The notes beneath the pieces were generated by a model. That model saw nothing but the letters and a program-made list of their open reading frames with translations, made no database searches and was not told the origin of the DNA. Made by a program: the position numbers and the translations under genes. Below are positions 1 to 9,342 of a stretch of 42,713 bases of DNA, piece after piece (within the stretch, counting starts at the first letter, position 1; each line of letters opens with the position of its first letter). Source of the stretch: a virus (taxonomy: Duplodnaviria; Caudoviricetes); IMG/VR virus record IMGVR_UViG_3300017700_000502, positions 1 to 42,713 of that record; one strand, given 5' to 3'.

Positions 1-123
1 AGCCGAACCCTGACCAGATCAAGGCTCAGGCCGAGATGCAGAAGCAGGAAGCCGAGACCAAGCGCCAGGAACAGGAACTCGCCAACGACCGCGAGCGCCA
101 CCAGATGGATATGGCGGCGCTGC
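1..123 (+). repeat. Terminal direct repeat copy 1 (circular assembly overlap)
   Basis: Identical to 42591-42713; lies inside the portal ORF. Confidence 0.97.
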
Positions 124-410
124 AGGCCAAGCTGGATGCGCAGATCCAGGTTGCCGAGACCAACATGGCGCTCAAGGAGCGCGAATACGACCTGAAGGTG
201 AAAACGCTCGAACTCAAAGAGCGTGAACTGATGGTCGGCGCCGCGGTGAAGGCCAGGGAAACCGAGATGGATCTTGCCGCCAAGCGCGAGGACCACGCCC
301 TGAACCGTGAAGCGGCCGACCATGGGCACGACCTGTATATGCAGACGATGGACGCCAAAGCGCAGGCTGCTCAGCAGCAGGCGGCGGCAAAACCAAAGGA
401 GACGGCATAG
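3..410 (+). CDS. Portal protein, C-terminal coiled-coil part (continuation of 40631..end across the junction)
   Basis: In frame with ATG 40631 via the 123-bp overlap; Q/E/A-rich helical tail as in P22-like portals. Confidence 0.9.
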   Translation, partial: PNPDQIKAQAEMQKQEAETKRQEQELANDRERHQMDMAALQAKLDAQIQVAETNMALKEREYDLKVKTLELKERELMVGAAVKARETEMDLAAKREDHALNREAADHGHDLYMQTMDAKAQAAQQQAAAKPKETA

Positions 411-616
411 TGAAGCTGCACCCCAAAGACGGTTATGTGATTATCGAGACGAAGCCGGATAGGCATGGTCGATTCCCCATCGGCAGCGTTGTATCCGATG
501 GCGGCAAGGAATTCGCCTATGGCGATATCGTGGCTTACCGGCCTGTGTCGCTTGAAGACCTAGGTGACGGCCAATTTCTTCTCGACGAAAATGCGATCGT
601 TGGAAAGCTGACCTGA
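410..616 (+). CDS. Truncated GroES/Cpn10-like protein
   Basis: MKLHPKDGYVIIE..G.VVS.G..F.YGDIV.Y..FLLDENAIVG parallels GroES MxIRPLxDRVIV..GxVxAVG..VKVGDxVxF..LIMxESDILA; AAGGAG RBS, GTG start overlaps portal stop. Confidence 0.55.
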   Translation: MKLHPKDGYVIIETKPDRHGRFPIGSVVSDGGKEFAYGDIVAYRPVSLEDLGDGQFLLDENAIVGKLT

Positions 617-960
617 TGGTTTCCCGCGAGACGAACGCCAAGATCACCCCGCCTAAGCGCCAGCCCGGCGACCTCGTGGAACTCATGTGCGAGCGCTACT
701 GGAACGCCTTCCGTCAGGGCTATTGCCAGTCGGGCGGCAAGCCGGTGGATTATCCCACATGGAAGCAAGCCACTGACCCGGTGAAGGAAGAAACCCGCCG
801 TTGCATGCGGCATGCGGTCGAGGTCTTCCGCGGCACGCTGGTGACGGATGGGGCGATGGATGACTGGTTCCCGGATAAGCCGGCTCGTCGCCAGTTGCCG
901 CACATCGACAACGACAGCGATTTCGTCACGTCGCAGAAGATTGCGAGGATGGGGGAATAA
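616..960 (+). CDS. Hypothetical protein
   Basis: TGATG-coupled ORF in late operon. Confidence 0.75.
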   Translation: MVSRETNAKITPPKRQPGDLVELMCERYWNAFRQGYCQSGGKPVDYPTWKQATDPVKEETRRCMRHAVEVFRGTLVTDGAMDDWFPDKPARRQLPHIDNDSDFVTSQKIARMGE

Positions 961-1415
961 TGCCAGGCACACCCGCACCCGCTCTGGACCGGTTGATGGC
1001 TAAACTGCGGTTCAACCCGGCTACCCACTGCGTAGAGTTTACCGGTTCGCTCCATGCGCATGGCGGCTATGGCCAGTTTCACGGTGGCAAGGAATTGCCG
1101 GGGGTCATTTATGCCCATCGGGCAGCCTACATCCTGTGGAACGGACCAATCCCCGATGGGATGCAGATCGACCATCGTTGCGAGAACCCTAAGTGCTGCA
1201 ACCCGCAGCACCTCTGGCCCGTGACCCCAAAGCAAAATATCGGTTTTGCGCGGCACAAGATGAAGGCCAGCAGCCCACACGCCAAAAAGACCGAATGTCC
1301 GCGTGGGCATCCTTACGACAGGAAGAGACCGTCTGGCGAAAGATACTGCTCGATATGCTCCAATGAGCAGAGCCGCCGCGCGAAAGCCAAGCGTGGAGTT
1401 GCACATGCGGTCTAA
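960..1415 (+). CDS. HNH endonuclease with C-terminal Cys/His zinc-binding motif
   Basis: AHRAAY..GPIPDGMQIDHRCENPKCCNPQHL..VTPKQN; CPRGHPY..CSIC. Confidence 0.9.
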   Translation: MPGTPAPALDRLMAKLRFNPATHCVEFTGSLHAHGGYGQFHGGKELPGVIYAHRAAYILWNGPIPDGMQIDHRCENPKCCNPQHLWPVTPKQNIGFARHKMKASSPHAKKTECPRGHPYDRKRPSGERYCSICSNEQSRRAKAKRGVAHAV

Positions 1416-1764
1416 GTATCGAAAGTGCCGCTGTTGCGGTGCGCACCACTGGACCGACGCATGGCCGGCCAATCATATCGAACCCACCATCGAACGCTCC
1501 GCCCTCCCGGCCCCGATGCTCAACCGGGACGGCATCGACCCGCTCTGGCACCCCCACGATGGGCGCAAGTACGAGAGCAAAACCGAGTTCCGCGCCGCCA
1601 CCAAGGCCGCAGGGGCTGAAGAGGTCGGCAACGACTTCCAGACCGACAACCGCAAGCATGACTCGGTGACAAAGGCCGAAGTCACTGAAGCCTACCAGAA
1701 GGTCAGCCAGGGCTACAAACCCTCGCTTGGCACGACTGACGCCACCGGAACCGGCTGGCAGTAA
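1405..1764 (+). CDS. Hypothetical protein upstream of scaffold (CxCC motif)
   Basis: GGAG RBS before ATG 1405; HDGRKYESKTEFRAATKAAGAEEVGND motif seen in head modules of such phages. Confidence 0.75.
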   Translation: MRSKYRKCRCCGAHHWTDAWPANHIEPTIERSALPAPMLNRDGIDPLWHPHDGRKYESKTEFRAATKAAGAEEVGNDFQTDNRKHDSVTKAEVTEAYQKVSQGYKPSLGTTDATGTGWQ

Positions 1765-1779
1765 CCCCAAGGACCATTC

Positions 1780-2862
1780 ATGGAAACGGAAGTTCAACCG
1801 GCCCCGGCAACGGGCGCTGGCAACGATGACGTTCGCGCCGACGTAGTTGCTGCCATCGAGCAGCTGCGAGGCCCCTCCGACACCGCTCCCGAACCGGAGC
1901 AAGAGATCGCCGCAGCCACCAGCGAGGACGCCGCTCCCTTTGAGCGCCCCCGCAACGAGCGCGGCCAATTTATCAGGGCTGACGGCACGGTTGACACCGA
2001 AGCCGAGGCCCAGCGAGTTCCCGACGCGGACCCATCTGCGGACAAGCCTGTGGTGCCTTCAACCGCACCCGAGCCTCCCACCAGCTGGTCGGCCGACGCG
2101 AAAGCCGAGTGGCTCAAGCTCTCTCCCGCCCTTCAACAGGCGGTCATCAAGAGGGAGACCGAGATCAACGAAGGCGGGCGGCGGTGGTCCGAAGAGAAGC
2201 GTGCCGTCGAAACCATGCTGGACCCGATCCGGCAGCAGGCCCAACGCACCGGCCTTTCGTTCGATGAGGGGTTCAAGCGCCTCGTCAGCATGAGCGAATG
2301 GATGGAGCGTGAGCCCCACGCTGCAATTCGTGCCCTCGCACAGTCCTACGGCGTCAATCTCGCACAACCCCAGACCGGCATGCAGCCGCCGCCGGTCGTT
2401 CCGCAGCAGCAGCCGCAGCAAAACCAGCAGCCCGACCCGGTCGTGTACGAACTGCAGACCAAGCTCAACGGGCTGATGGGCATGCTGCAGCAGCAGCAGA
2501 AAGCCGAAGCGCAGTCGTCCATCCAGTCCTTCGCCAGCGCCCCCGGGCATGAGCACTTCGATGCCGTCAAAGGCATCATGGGTCAGCTCATCGAAACGGG
2601 GCAGGCGGCCGATCTGCCGGACGCCTACGACAAGGCAATCTGGCTCGACCCGACTATTCGCTCCTCGCTCATCGCGGCTCAAACCGCGAAGGCAGCGGAG
2701 GAGAAGCGGGCAGCAGAACAGGCGGCGGTCAAGAAGGCCCGTGCCGGCTCCCTCAGTCTCAACGGCTCCCCCGTTGGAACTCCGGCGGTCGGCGCAAAGC
2801 CTGAATACGAAACCGTTCGTGCAGCAGCCGAAGCCGCCTACGCGCAGCACATGGCTCGCTGA
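1780..2862 (+). CDS. Capsid scaffolding protein
   Basis: Acidic, low-complexity helical protein directly upstream of the capsid gene; RNERGQF and PPTSW motifs. Confidence 0.75.
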   Translation: METEVQPAPATGAGNDDVRADVVAAIEQLRGPSDTAPEPEQEIAAATSEDAAPFERPRNERGQFIRADGTVDTEAEAQRVPDADPSADKPVVPSTAPEPPTSWSADAKAEWLKLSPALQQAVIKRETEINEGGRRWSEEKRAVETMLDPIRQQAQRTGLSFDEGFKRLVSMSEWMEREPHAAIRALAQSYGVNLAQPQTGMQPPPVVPQQQPQQNQQPDPVVYELQTKLNGLMGMLQQQQKAEAQSSIQSFASAPGHEHFDAVKGIMGQLIETGQAADLPDAYDKAIWLDPTIRSSLIAAQTAKAAEEKRAAEQAAVKKARAGSLSLNGSPVGTPAVGAKPEYETVRAAAEAAYAQHMAR

Positions 2863-2889
2863 CCCTAAAACCCTTCAAGGAACCATCCC

Positions 2890-3915
2890 ATGGCAACCCC
2901 CAATCCTTCGATTGGCGATATTGTCGCGACCACCATCGAAAACCGTTCGAAGAAGGCCGCCGACAACATCACCCGCAATAACGCGCTTCTCAATCGCATG
3001 ATGAAGCGTGGAACCGCCAAACCGTTCTCCGGCGGTCGCAATCTCTGGCAGGAACTCGAGTACGCCCAGAACTCCACCGCTGGGTGGTATTCGGGCTACG
3101 AGCAGATCAACGTCTCCCCCAGCCAGATTCTCACCGCCGCCGAATTCCCGATCCGCCAGGCCGCCGTGGCCGTGTCGATTTCGGGTCTGGAAGAACTCCA
3201 GAACGCCGGCCCGGAACAGATGATCGACCTCATCGAGACCCGCGTGAAGAACGCCGAAGAGACCCTGCAGGCGCTCATCGCCTACGGCATCTATTCGGAC
3301 GGCTCGGACCCCAAGTCCATCGGCGGGCTGCAGCAGCTCGTCGCCACTACCCCGACCAACTCGGTGGGCGGCATCGACGGCAATACCTGGCCGTTCTGGC
3401 GCAACATCACGTTCGGTTCGGTGACCAACGGCGGCGCTGCAACCACGTCGGCCAACATCCGCCGGTACTGGGACACGATCTATCCCCAGCTGATCCGCGG
3501 CACCGACAAGCCGGACCTGCTGGTCTGCGACAACACCAACTGGCGGCTCTACAACGAGTCCCTGCAGCCGCTGCAGCGCATCACCAATGCGGACATGGCG
3601 GCGGCTGGGTTCGTCTCGCTGGAATACATGTCGGCGCCCGTGGTGCTCGACGGTGGCTTCCAGGGCTACGCCAACGCTGCCTTCGGCGGCGCCAACGGCT
3701 CTGACTGGATGCCGCAGGGTGGTGTGCCGACTGGCTACACCTGGTTCCTGAACTCCAAGTACGTCCAGTACCGGCCGCACCGTGACCGCAACTTCACTGC
3801 CCTGAACCCCGACCGCTTCTCGATCAATCAGGACGCGGTCGTCAAGCTCACGGCGTGGGCCGGCAATCTCACCATCTCGAACCGTCGCCTGCAGGCGGTT
3901 CACTACCCCACCTGA
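2890..3915 (+). CDS. Major capsid protein
   Basis: 341 aa after scaffold, strong RBS and codon bias; ADNITRNNALL..GG..I/LWQELEY N-terminal pattern of HK97-fold podovirus coats. Confidence 0.88.
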   Translation: MATPNPSIGDIVATTIENRSKKAADNITRNNALLNRMMKRGTAKPFSGGRNLWQELEYAQNSTAGWYSGYEQINVSPSQILTAAEFPIRQAAVAVSISGLEELQNAGPEQMIDLIETRVKNAEETLQALIAYGIYSDGSDPKSIGGLQQLVATTPTNSVGGIDGNTWPFWRNITFGSVTNGGAATTSANIRRYWDTIYPQLIRGTDKPDLLVCDNTNWRLYNESLQPLQRITNADMAAAGFVSLEYMSAPVVLDGGFQGYANAAFGGANGSDWMPQGGVPTGYTWFLNSKYVQYRPHRDRNFTALNPDRFSINQDAVVKLTAWAGNLTISNRRLQAVHYPT

Positions 3916-3936
3916 TCGCCCGAAAGGAGCATCACC

Positions 3937-4458
3937 ATGGCTATTCCTTACTCGACTTCCAACGCGGCGGGGTTCGCCTTTACGCAGACCTTCACCCCGC
4001 CCGCCGCCGGCTCCTACAACACGGGTGCTCGCCAGCCCGTCCCGGTCGGCACCCTCGCAGATGGTACGGACGGCTCCAAGTGGGTCTACGTGCTGTTCGG
4101 TTCCGGCGGCGTCACCGCGGCAGGCTATGTCGTCGTCGTTGACGAGGACTTCGGCGCCGTCATGATGTCCAACTCGGTCGGCGCCCTCGGTGACAAGATC
4201 GCCGTGGCTCCCGTCGTCGCCGCAGCCGCTGACTATGGCTGGGTCCAGATGTACGGCACCTGCGATGCCATCCAGGTCTCGGCATCGTGCGCTGCCAACG
4301 TGCCGCTCGCCTCGACGGTCACCGCCGGCCAGCTGGACGACGCTGTCGCCAACCCGACCAAGAACATCACCGGCATGTGGCTGACCACGGCCCGCGCAGC
4401 TTCGGCTGGCACGGCGCCGGGTTACCTCAACTTCCCGGTGGTCGGCACGACCAACTGA
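3937..4458 (+). CDS. Capsid decoration/cement-like protein
   Basis: Follows capsid gene, precedes terminator; G/A/V/T-rich with YGWVQ..G motif. Confidence 0.65.
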   Translation: MAIPYSTSNAAGFAFTQTFTPPAAGSYNTGARQPVPVGTLADGTDGSKWVYVLFGSGGVTAAGYVVVVDEDFGAVMMSNSVGALGDKIAVAPVVAAAADYGWVQMYGTCDAIQVSASCAANVPLASTVTAGQLDDAVANPTKNITGMWLTTARAASAGTAPGYLNFPVVGTTN

Positions 4459-4464
4459 TGAAAC

Positions 4465-4497
4465 AGGGCGGGGTTTCGGCTCCGCCCTTTCCCATTT
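4465..4497 (+). terminator. Rho-independent terminator after capsid/decoration genes
   Basis: AGGGCGGGGT-TTCG-GCTCCGCCCT hairpin followed by TTCCCATTT. Confidence 0.75.
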
Positions 4498-4509
4498 CCG
4501 GAGCAACCC

Positions 4510-5106
4510 ATGAGCCTTTCTGAATTCGACATGTCGTCCACCAGCCACAACGGGCAGGGATGGGGCGGCAAAGAAAACCAGGTATTCGCTCGCTTCTACC
4601 GCGACCAGAAGGCCGACTTTTACCAGTCCCAGCAGCAGGGCGTTCCCGTCGCCAAGGCTGTGGACATGGTTGAAATCCGCCAGGCTGGCGAACGTGACTC
4701 GGTGAAACTCGAAGTCACCGAAGTGCACAAGCAGCGCTTCCCCGTCGCGTGGCAGAACTATCAGCGCGGCATGGAGCAGGTGCAGGACGGAACGCCGCTT
4801 GGCGTGCTGTTCCCCAAGAACCCCGAGATCGTCACGACCCTGCAGGGCAACCATATCTGGACCGTGCAGGCACTGGTGGCGGTTCCGGACAGCAGCATGC
4901 CCAGCATCCCCTTCCTGTTTGACTACCGCAAGAAAGCGGCGGAGTTCCTTGAGGGGGTCGAAAAGGGCAAGGGCTTCCACCTGCTGGAAAAGCGCCTCGA
5001 GGACGCCGAACTCAAGAACATCGAGAAAGACGACCTCATCAAGTCGATGAACGCGCGGCTTCTGGAACTGGAAGCCGTCTCCAAAACCCCCAAGACCAAG
5101 GAGTAA
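4510..5106 (+). CDS. Hypothetical head-module protein
   Basis: GGAG RBS, 198 aa with C-terminal coiled coil. Confidence 0.75.
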   Translation: MSLSEFDMSSTSHNGQGWGGKENQVFARFYRDQKADFYQSQQQGVPVAKAVDMVEIRQAGERDSVKLEVTEVHKQRFPVAWQNYQRGMEQVQDGTPLGVLFPKNPEIVTTLQGNHIWTVQALVAVPDSSMPSIPFLFDYRKKAAEFLEGVEKGKGFHLLEKRLEDAELKNIEKDDLIKSMNARLLELEAVSKTPKTKE

Positions 5107-5109
5107 GCC

Positions 5110-5484
5110 ATGTCGCTTGCTGTAGACCTTATGGGCGTCGGCCTGCCGCAAGAGCAGGCTGTGCGCCTCGGATTTTCCGACCTCACCACGATTGCCGGCG
5201 TCGGAACTGCCCAGTCGGGCGCCGCGTCGATCCCCAACTTCGTCAACAACGTGCTTGCCACTACGGCCGGCGGTCAGACCGCCTTTGTGCTGTCGTCCGA
5301 CATCGAGATCGATGTGCCGTACTCGGTGGTCAATTCCAGCTCCACCGCGGCTCTGGTGTTCCCGCCGTCCGGTGGTTCGATCAATGCGGCCGGCGCCAAT
5401 GCCTCGGTGTCGATCGCTGAAAACCTCGGGCGCATCTTCATCCGCAAGTCGTCCACCCGCTGGATTTCGTTCCTCACCGCCTAG
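5110..5484 (+). CDS. Putative virion structural protein
   Basis: Beta-rich, VFPPSGGSIN motif, position in structural operon. Confidence 0.65.
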   Translation: MSLAVDLMGVGLPQEQAVRLGFSDLTTIAGVGTAQSGAASIPNFVNNVLATTAGGQTAFVLSSDIEIDVPYSVVNSSSTAALVFPPSGGSINAAGANASVSIAENLGRIFIRKSSTRWISFLTA

Positions 5485-5494
5485 AGGCTGACCC

Positions 5495-6442
5495 ATGCCC
5501 ACGACACTCCTGCAAATCGCCCAAGCCGTAGTCAATGAACTCGGGCTCCCGCAGATTTCGTCTGTGGTCGGGAACGCTGGCAACACGGCCCGCCAGATCC
5601 TGGCGCTCGCCAACAGGTCCGGGGATGAGATTTACCAGTCTCACCCCTGGATCGTCTCGCAGGACGAACACATCGTGGAGATCGGCACGCCGATCACCAC
5701 TACGGGCGATATTGTCTCCGGTTCCGGCATCATCACCAACATCCCGGACACGACCGGCATCTTGGCCAATAGCTGGGCCGTCTCGGGCAACGGGCTGCAG
5801 ACCTCAACGCGGGTCAGCGAAGTCCTGTCCGCCACGTCGGTCCGGGTGGACATGTACGCGACCGAAACCATCGTCGGCTCGGATATGGTCTTCGCTCAGG
5901 ACACCTACGACGTTCCTGACGAGTTCAAGTGGTTCGCCAACCGCACCATGTGGGACCGCACCAACCACTGGGAGCTGATCGGCCCCATCTCCCCGCAGGC
6001 TGACCAATGGCAGCGTTCCGGCATCGTGACGGTGGGCCCGCGCCGTCGCTGGCGTCAGGTCGGTGTCGAGCCGACGAACTGGCGCCTGTGGCCGCCGCCC
6101 ACCGCTACGGGCTCATATCCCGCAACGCTGGTGTTCGAATTCAACAGCCGGTATTGGGTGGCCGACGAACTCGGCATCCGCAAGGCTCAGTTCACCGCGG
6201 ACACCGACTATCCCGTCATCGACGCGCAGGCCATCATCCTTGCGATCAAGTGGCGCCTGTGGGCCATCAAGGGCTTTGAATACGGCGCCATGCAGGCGGA
6301 GTCGAACGACTACACCGCGCGGCTCATGGCTCGTGACGGCGGGTCGCCTGACCTCACCCTCGCAAAGGGCTCTTCGGACTTCTTCCTGCTTGGTCCGCAG
6401 AACGTGCAAGACGGCAATTTCCCCGGACCGGGCAATCCCTGA
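5495..6442 (+). CDS. Head-tail adaptor (tail tubular protein A-like)
   Basis: MPTTLLQIAQAVVNELGL N-terminus; position before the nozzle gene. Confidence 0.7.
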   Translation: MPTTLLQIAQAVVNELGLPQISSVVGNAGNTARQILALANRSGDEIYQSHPWIVSQDEHIVEIGTPITTTGDIVSGSGIITNIPDTTGILANSWAVSGNGLQTSTRVSEVLSATSVRVDMYATETIVGSDMVFAQDTYDVPDEFKWFANRTMWDRTNHWELIGPISPQADQWQRSGIVTVGPRRRWRQVGVEPTNWRLWPPPTATGSYPATLVFEFNSRYWVADELGIRKAQFTADTDYPVIDAQAIILAIKWRLWAIKGFEYGAMQAESNDYTARLMARDGGSPDLTLAKGSSDFFLLGPQNVQDGNFPGPGNP

Positions 6443-8034
6443 TGAGGAACACCTTCCGACAGGCAGGGCGCGGCGCCGGAGGCGGTTCGGCCGCCAACCA
6501 GGCGCAAGGCTCGTCCATTTCGTCGCCGGTCGGCGGATGGGATGCGATATCGCCTATCTCCACCATGCCGCCGCAGAACGCGCTGGAACTGGTCAACTGG
6601 TTCCCCCAGCCGGGTTATGTCGAGTTGCGCCGCGGCTTCACCGAGCACAGCGACACCGGGACAGGCCTGCCCGTCGAAACCCTGATGGCCTACCAGTCGG
6701 CTACTGCTACCCTGAACGCGCTGCTTGCTGCCTCTGATGGCGAGATTTTCGAAGTGACGGGCGCAGTGTCGGCGTCGATTGCCTCGGGTTTCACGTCCAA
6801 TCGCTGGCAGTACACCAACTTCGCAACTTCGGGCGGGTCGTTCGGCTGGATGTGCAACGGCGAGGACGTGCCGCAGTATTTCGACGGCGCCGCCATCACG
6901 GCTACGGTGATCACTGGTGTGACGCCAGAGGATATCACGGACGTTTGCCCGTACCGCTCGAGGCTCTGGTTGGTGCTGAAGGAATCTACCGAGGCGGCTT
7001 ATCTCCCGGTGGACAGCATCCAGGGCGCGGCGACGATCTTCGATGTGGGCACGTACTTCCCGAATGGTGGCTATCTGCAGTCCATCGGGACATGGTCCAC
7101 TGACACCAACGACGGACCCAACGAGTTTATCGCCTTCGTCAGCCAGTTCGGGGACGTAGCGATTTTCCAGATCGAAGATCCCGGCGTTGCGGCGCAGGTG
7201 TTCTATCGCGGCACGGCTTCGCTTTCTACGCCCATCGGCCGGCGGTGCCTGTCAAAGATCGGGTCCGACCTCGGGCTGATAACTATCGATGGGGTGCTGC
7301 CCCTGTCACAGGTGCTCAGCTACGACAAGGCGGCGCTGCTCGGGGCATCGATCACCAAGAACATCCGCCAGGCCATGACGGACGCAGCCCAGCGCTACAA
7401 GGACGAGTTCGGCTGGCAGCTGACCAGCTACCCCCGCAACACCATGGCCATTCTGAACGTGCCGCAGGTGGAGAACACCACTCAGGTGCAGTTCGTGATG
7501 AACACCATTACGGGCGCATGGGCACGGTTCGAGGGGCAGAACGGCTCTTGCTGGGAAGTGTTCGAGGACCGGGCGTATTTCGGCGGCAATGACGGGATCG
7601 TCCGTCTGGCCGATAATGCCGGCGGTGACGAAAACCAGACGCTGTCGGCCGATATGCGCGGGGCCTTCAACTACTACAGCCAGCGAGGCCGGGAGAAGCG
7701 CTGGACGATGATCCGGCCGTCGATCACCATCGATGACGCGTTCCCGGTGCAGCCCTACATGGGGCTCAACGTGGATTTCGGCTCCGATGCCGAACTGGCG
7801 CCGGTCGAATTCACGGCTTCCGGGTCTATCCCGACCTGGAACTCCGCGGTGTGGAATGAGGCAACGTGGCCCGGCGAAACGACGCAGGCCAACTGGTTCT
7901 CGATTGGCGGGCTCGGCTACTGCGCGTCGATCCGCATGACGGTGGATATCCCATGGTCTGAGGATGTAAGGGCGCCGCGCGTGCTGCAGGTCAACAGCTT
8001 CGACATGCTTTACGCCTATGGGGCGTTCATCTGA
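6442..8034 (+). CDS. Tail nozzle / DNA stabilization protein (P22 gp10 / tubular B-like)
   Basis: 530 aa with beta-propeller-like composition; synteny. Confidence 0.7.
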   Translation: MRNTFRQAGRGAGGGSAANQAQGSSISSPVGGWDAISPISTMPPQNALELVNWFPQPGYVELRRGFTEHSDTGTGLPVETLMAYQSATATLNALLAASDGEIFEVTGAVSASIASGFTSNRWQYTNFATSGGSFGWMCNGEDVPQYFDGAAITATVITGVTPEDITDVCPYRSRLWLVLKESTEAAYLPVDSIQGAATIFDVGTYFPNGGYLQSIGTWSTDTNDGPNEFIAFVSQFGDVAIFQIEDPGVAAQVFYRGTASLSTPIGRRCLSKIGSDLGLITIDGVLPLSQVLSYDKAALLGASITKNIRQAMTDAAQRYKDEFGWQLTSYPRNTMAILNVPQVENTTQVQFVMNTITGAWARFEGQNGSCWEVFEDRAYFGGNDGIVRLADNAGGDENQTLSADMRGAFNYYSQRGREKRWTMIRPSITIDDAFPVQPYMGLNVDFGSDAELAPVEFTASGSIPTWNSAVWNEATWPGETTQANWFSIGGLGYCASIRMTVDIPWSEDVRAPRVLQVNSFDMLYAYGAFI

Positions 8035-8460
8035 ATGGACATCGTATTCGGGCAGGATGACGCGGTGGCCTTGTGGGCAGGGTCACGCCTCGGTGTGACG
8101 TTTCAGCGCCCCTTCGTCGCCATAGGCATTGCTCGGGACGGGGAAGCCATCGGGGCGGCGGTGTTCAATGAATACTACCGCGGCGGGAACATCGAACTGA
8201 CATTCGTCGGCGACGGCGCGTTGACCCGGACCGTGCAGAGGGCCTTGGCCCGATACGCATTCGGTCAACTGCAGGCCAGCCGGATTACCATCCGCACCGC
8301 GTACCGGAACACCAAAGTCAGGAAGCTGCTCGGTCGCAAGGGCAGGTTCGAGTTTGAAGGCGTGCAGAAGCGCTTCTACGGCCCCGACCGGGGCGATGAC
8401 GCATTGGTCTATGTGCTCCCGCGCGAAAAAGCGGGCAAGTGGCTGGAGACGATTGAATGA
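8035..8460 (+). CDS. GNAT-fold virion-assembly protein
   Basis: 141 aa between nozzle and ejection genes; N..V.KLL...FEFEG..KRFYG GNAT-type motif. Confidence 0.7.
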   Translation: MDIVFGQDDAVALWAGSRLGVTFQRPFVAIGIARDGEAIGAAVFNEYYRGGNIELTFVGDGALTRTVQRALARYAFGQLQASRITIRTAYRNTKVRKLLGRKGRFEFEGVQKRFYGPDRGDDALVYVLPREKAGKWLETIE

Positions 8461-9341
8461 ACGCACCGCAGGCACCGGACCCCGTAAAGACTGCCGAGGC
8501 GCAGAGCCAGTACAACACTCAGGCGGCCACCACTCAGCAGCAGCTGAACATGGTGGACTCGTCCAACCCGTTCGGCTCGACCTCCTACACCCAGAGCGGC
8601 ACATGGGCAGACGGTACTCCGAAGTACAGCCAGAGCACGTCGCTCAATCCGCAGTTACAGGGCGCGGTCGATAACGCCTACAGCACGCTTTCCCAGCCGT
8701 TCTCGATGGACACGAACGCCATCGAAAGCCACCTGATGGACCTGCAGAAATCCCGCATCGACCCGATGCTGGAACAGCGCCGCGCCAGCACCGAACAGAG
8801 CCTGTTCAACCGCGGCGTGCGGCCCGGCACCGAGGCCTACACGCGCGGCATGGAAGCGGTGACGCAGGGTGAAAACGACCAGTGGAACGAACTTGCCCTG
8901 AACGGCCGGTCTCAAGCGCTGTCGGAACTGCTCACGGCCCGCAACCAGCCGCTCAACGAGCTTACTGGCATGCTCTCGGGTACGCAGATCAACCAGCAGA
9001 CCCCGCAGGCAGGGGTTTCCCCGGTCGATTATACCGGCTTGGTGAACAACCAGTACCAGGCAGACTCGAACAACTACGCCAACACCTGGGGCGCCGTAGG
9101 GAATATCGGCAAGACCCTCGGCGGCTGGGCTTTCTCCGACGAACGGTTGAAAGAAGATATCCACGCGACTGGCGAGAAGACCGAGGACGGCATCCCGATC
9201 AAGACGTTCCGCTACAAGGGCTCGCCAATGATGCAGGTGGGCGTGATCGCGCAGGAGGCGAAGAAGAAGCGCCCCGACGCGGTCCGCAAGGGACCGGGCG
9301 GGTTCATGATGGTCAACGCGCGCGAACTGATGGGAGCCTGA
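8457..9341 (+). CDS. DNA ejection/pilot protein with C-terminal peptidase S74 (intramolecular chaperone)-like domain
   Basis: Q/N/T/S-rich body, then FSDERLKEDI..FRYK..GVIAQE..PDAV. Confidence 0.7.
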   Translation: MNAPQAPDPVKTAEAQSQYNTQAATTQQQLNMVDSSNPFGSTSYTQSGTWADGTPKYSQSTSLNPQLQGAVDNAYSTLSQPFSMDTNAIESHLMDLQKSRIDPMLEQRRASTEQSLFNRGVRPGTEAYTRGMEAVTQGENDQWNELALNGRSQALSELLTARNQPLNELTGMLSGTQINQQTPQAGVSPVDYTGLVNNQYQADSNNYANTWGAVGNIGKTLGGWAFSDERLKEDIHATGEKTEDGIPIKTFRYKGSPMMQVGVIAQEAKKKRPDAVRKGPGGFMMVNARELMGA

Positions 9342-9342
9342 T

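Noticed and set aside
1-123. 123-bp terminal repeat as a biological DTR
   Set aside because: It falls mid-portal and the terminase is P22/PBSX-like (headful expected); best explained as assembler overlap
2875-5613. 912-aa minus-strand ORF
   Set aside because: Shadow of strongly codon-biased capsid-region genes; R/G/H/V-rich with no motifs
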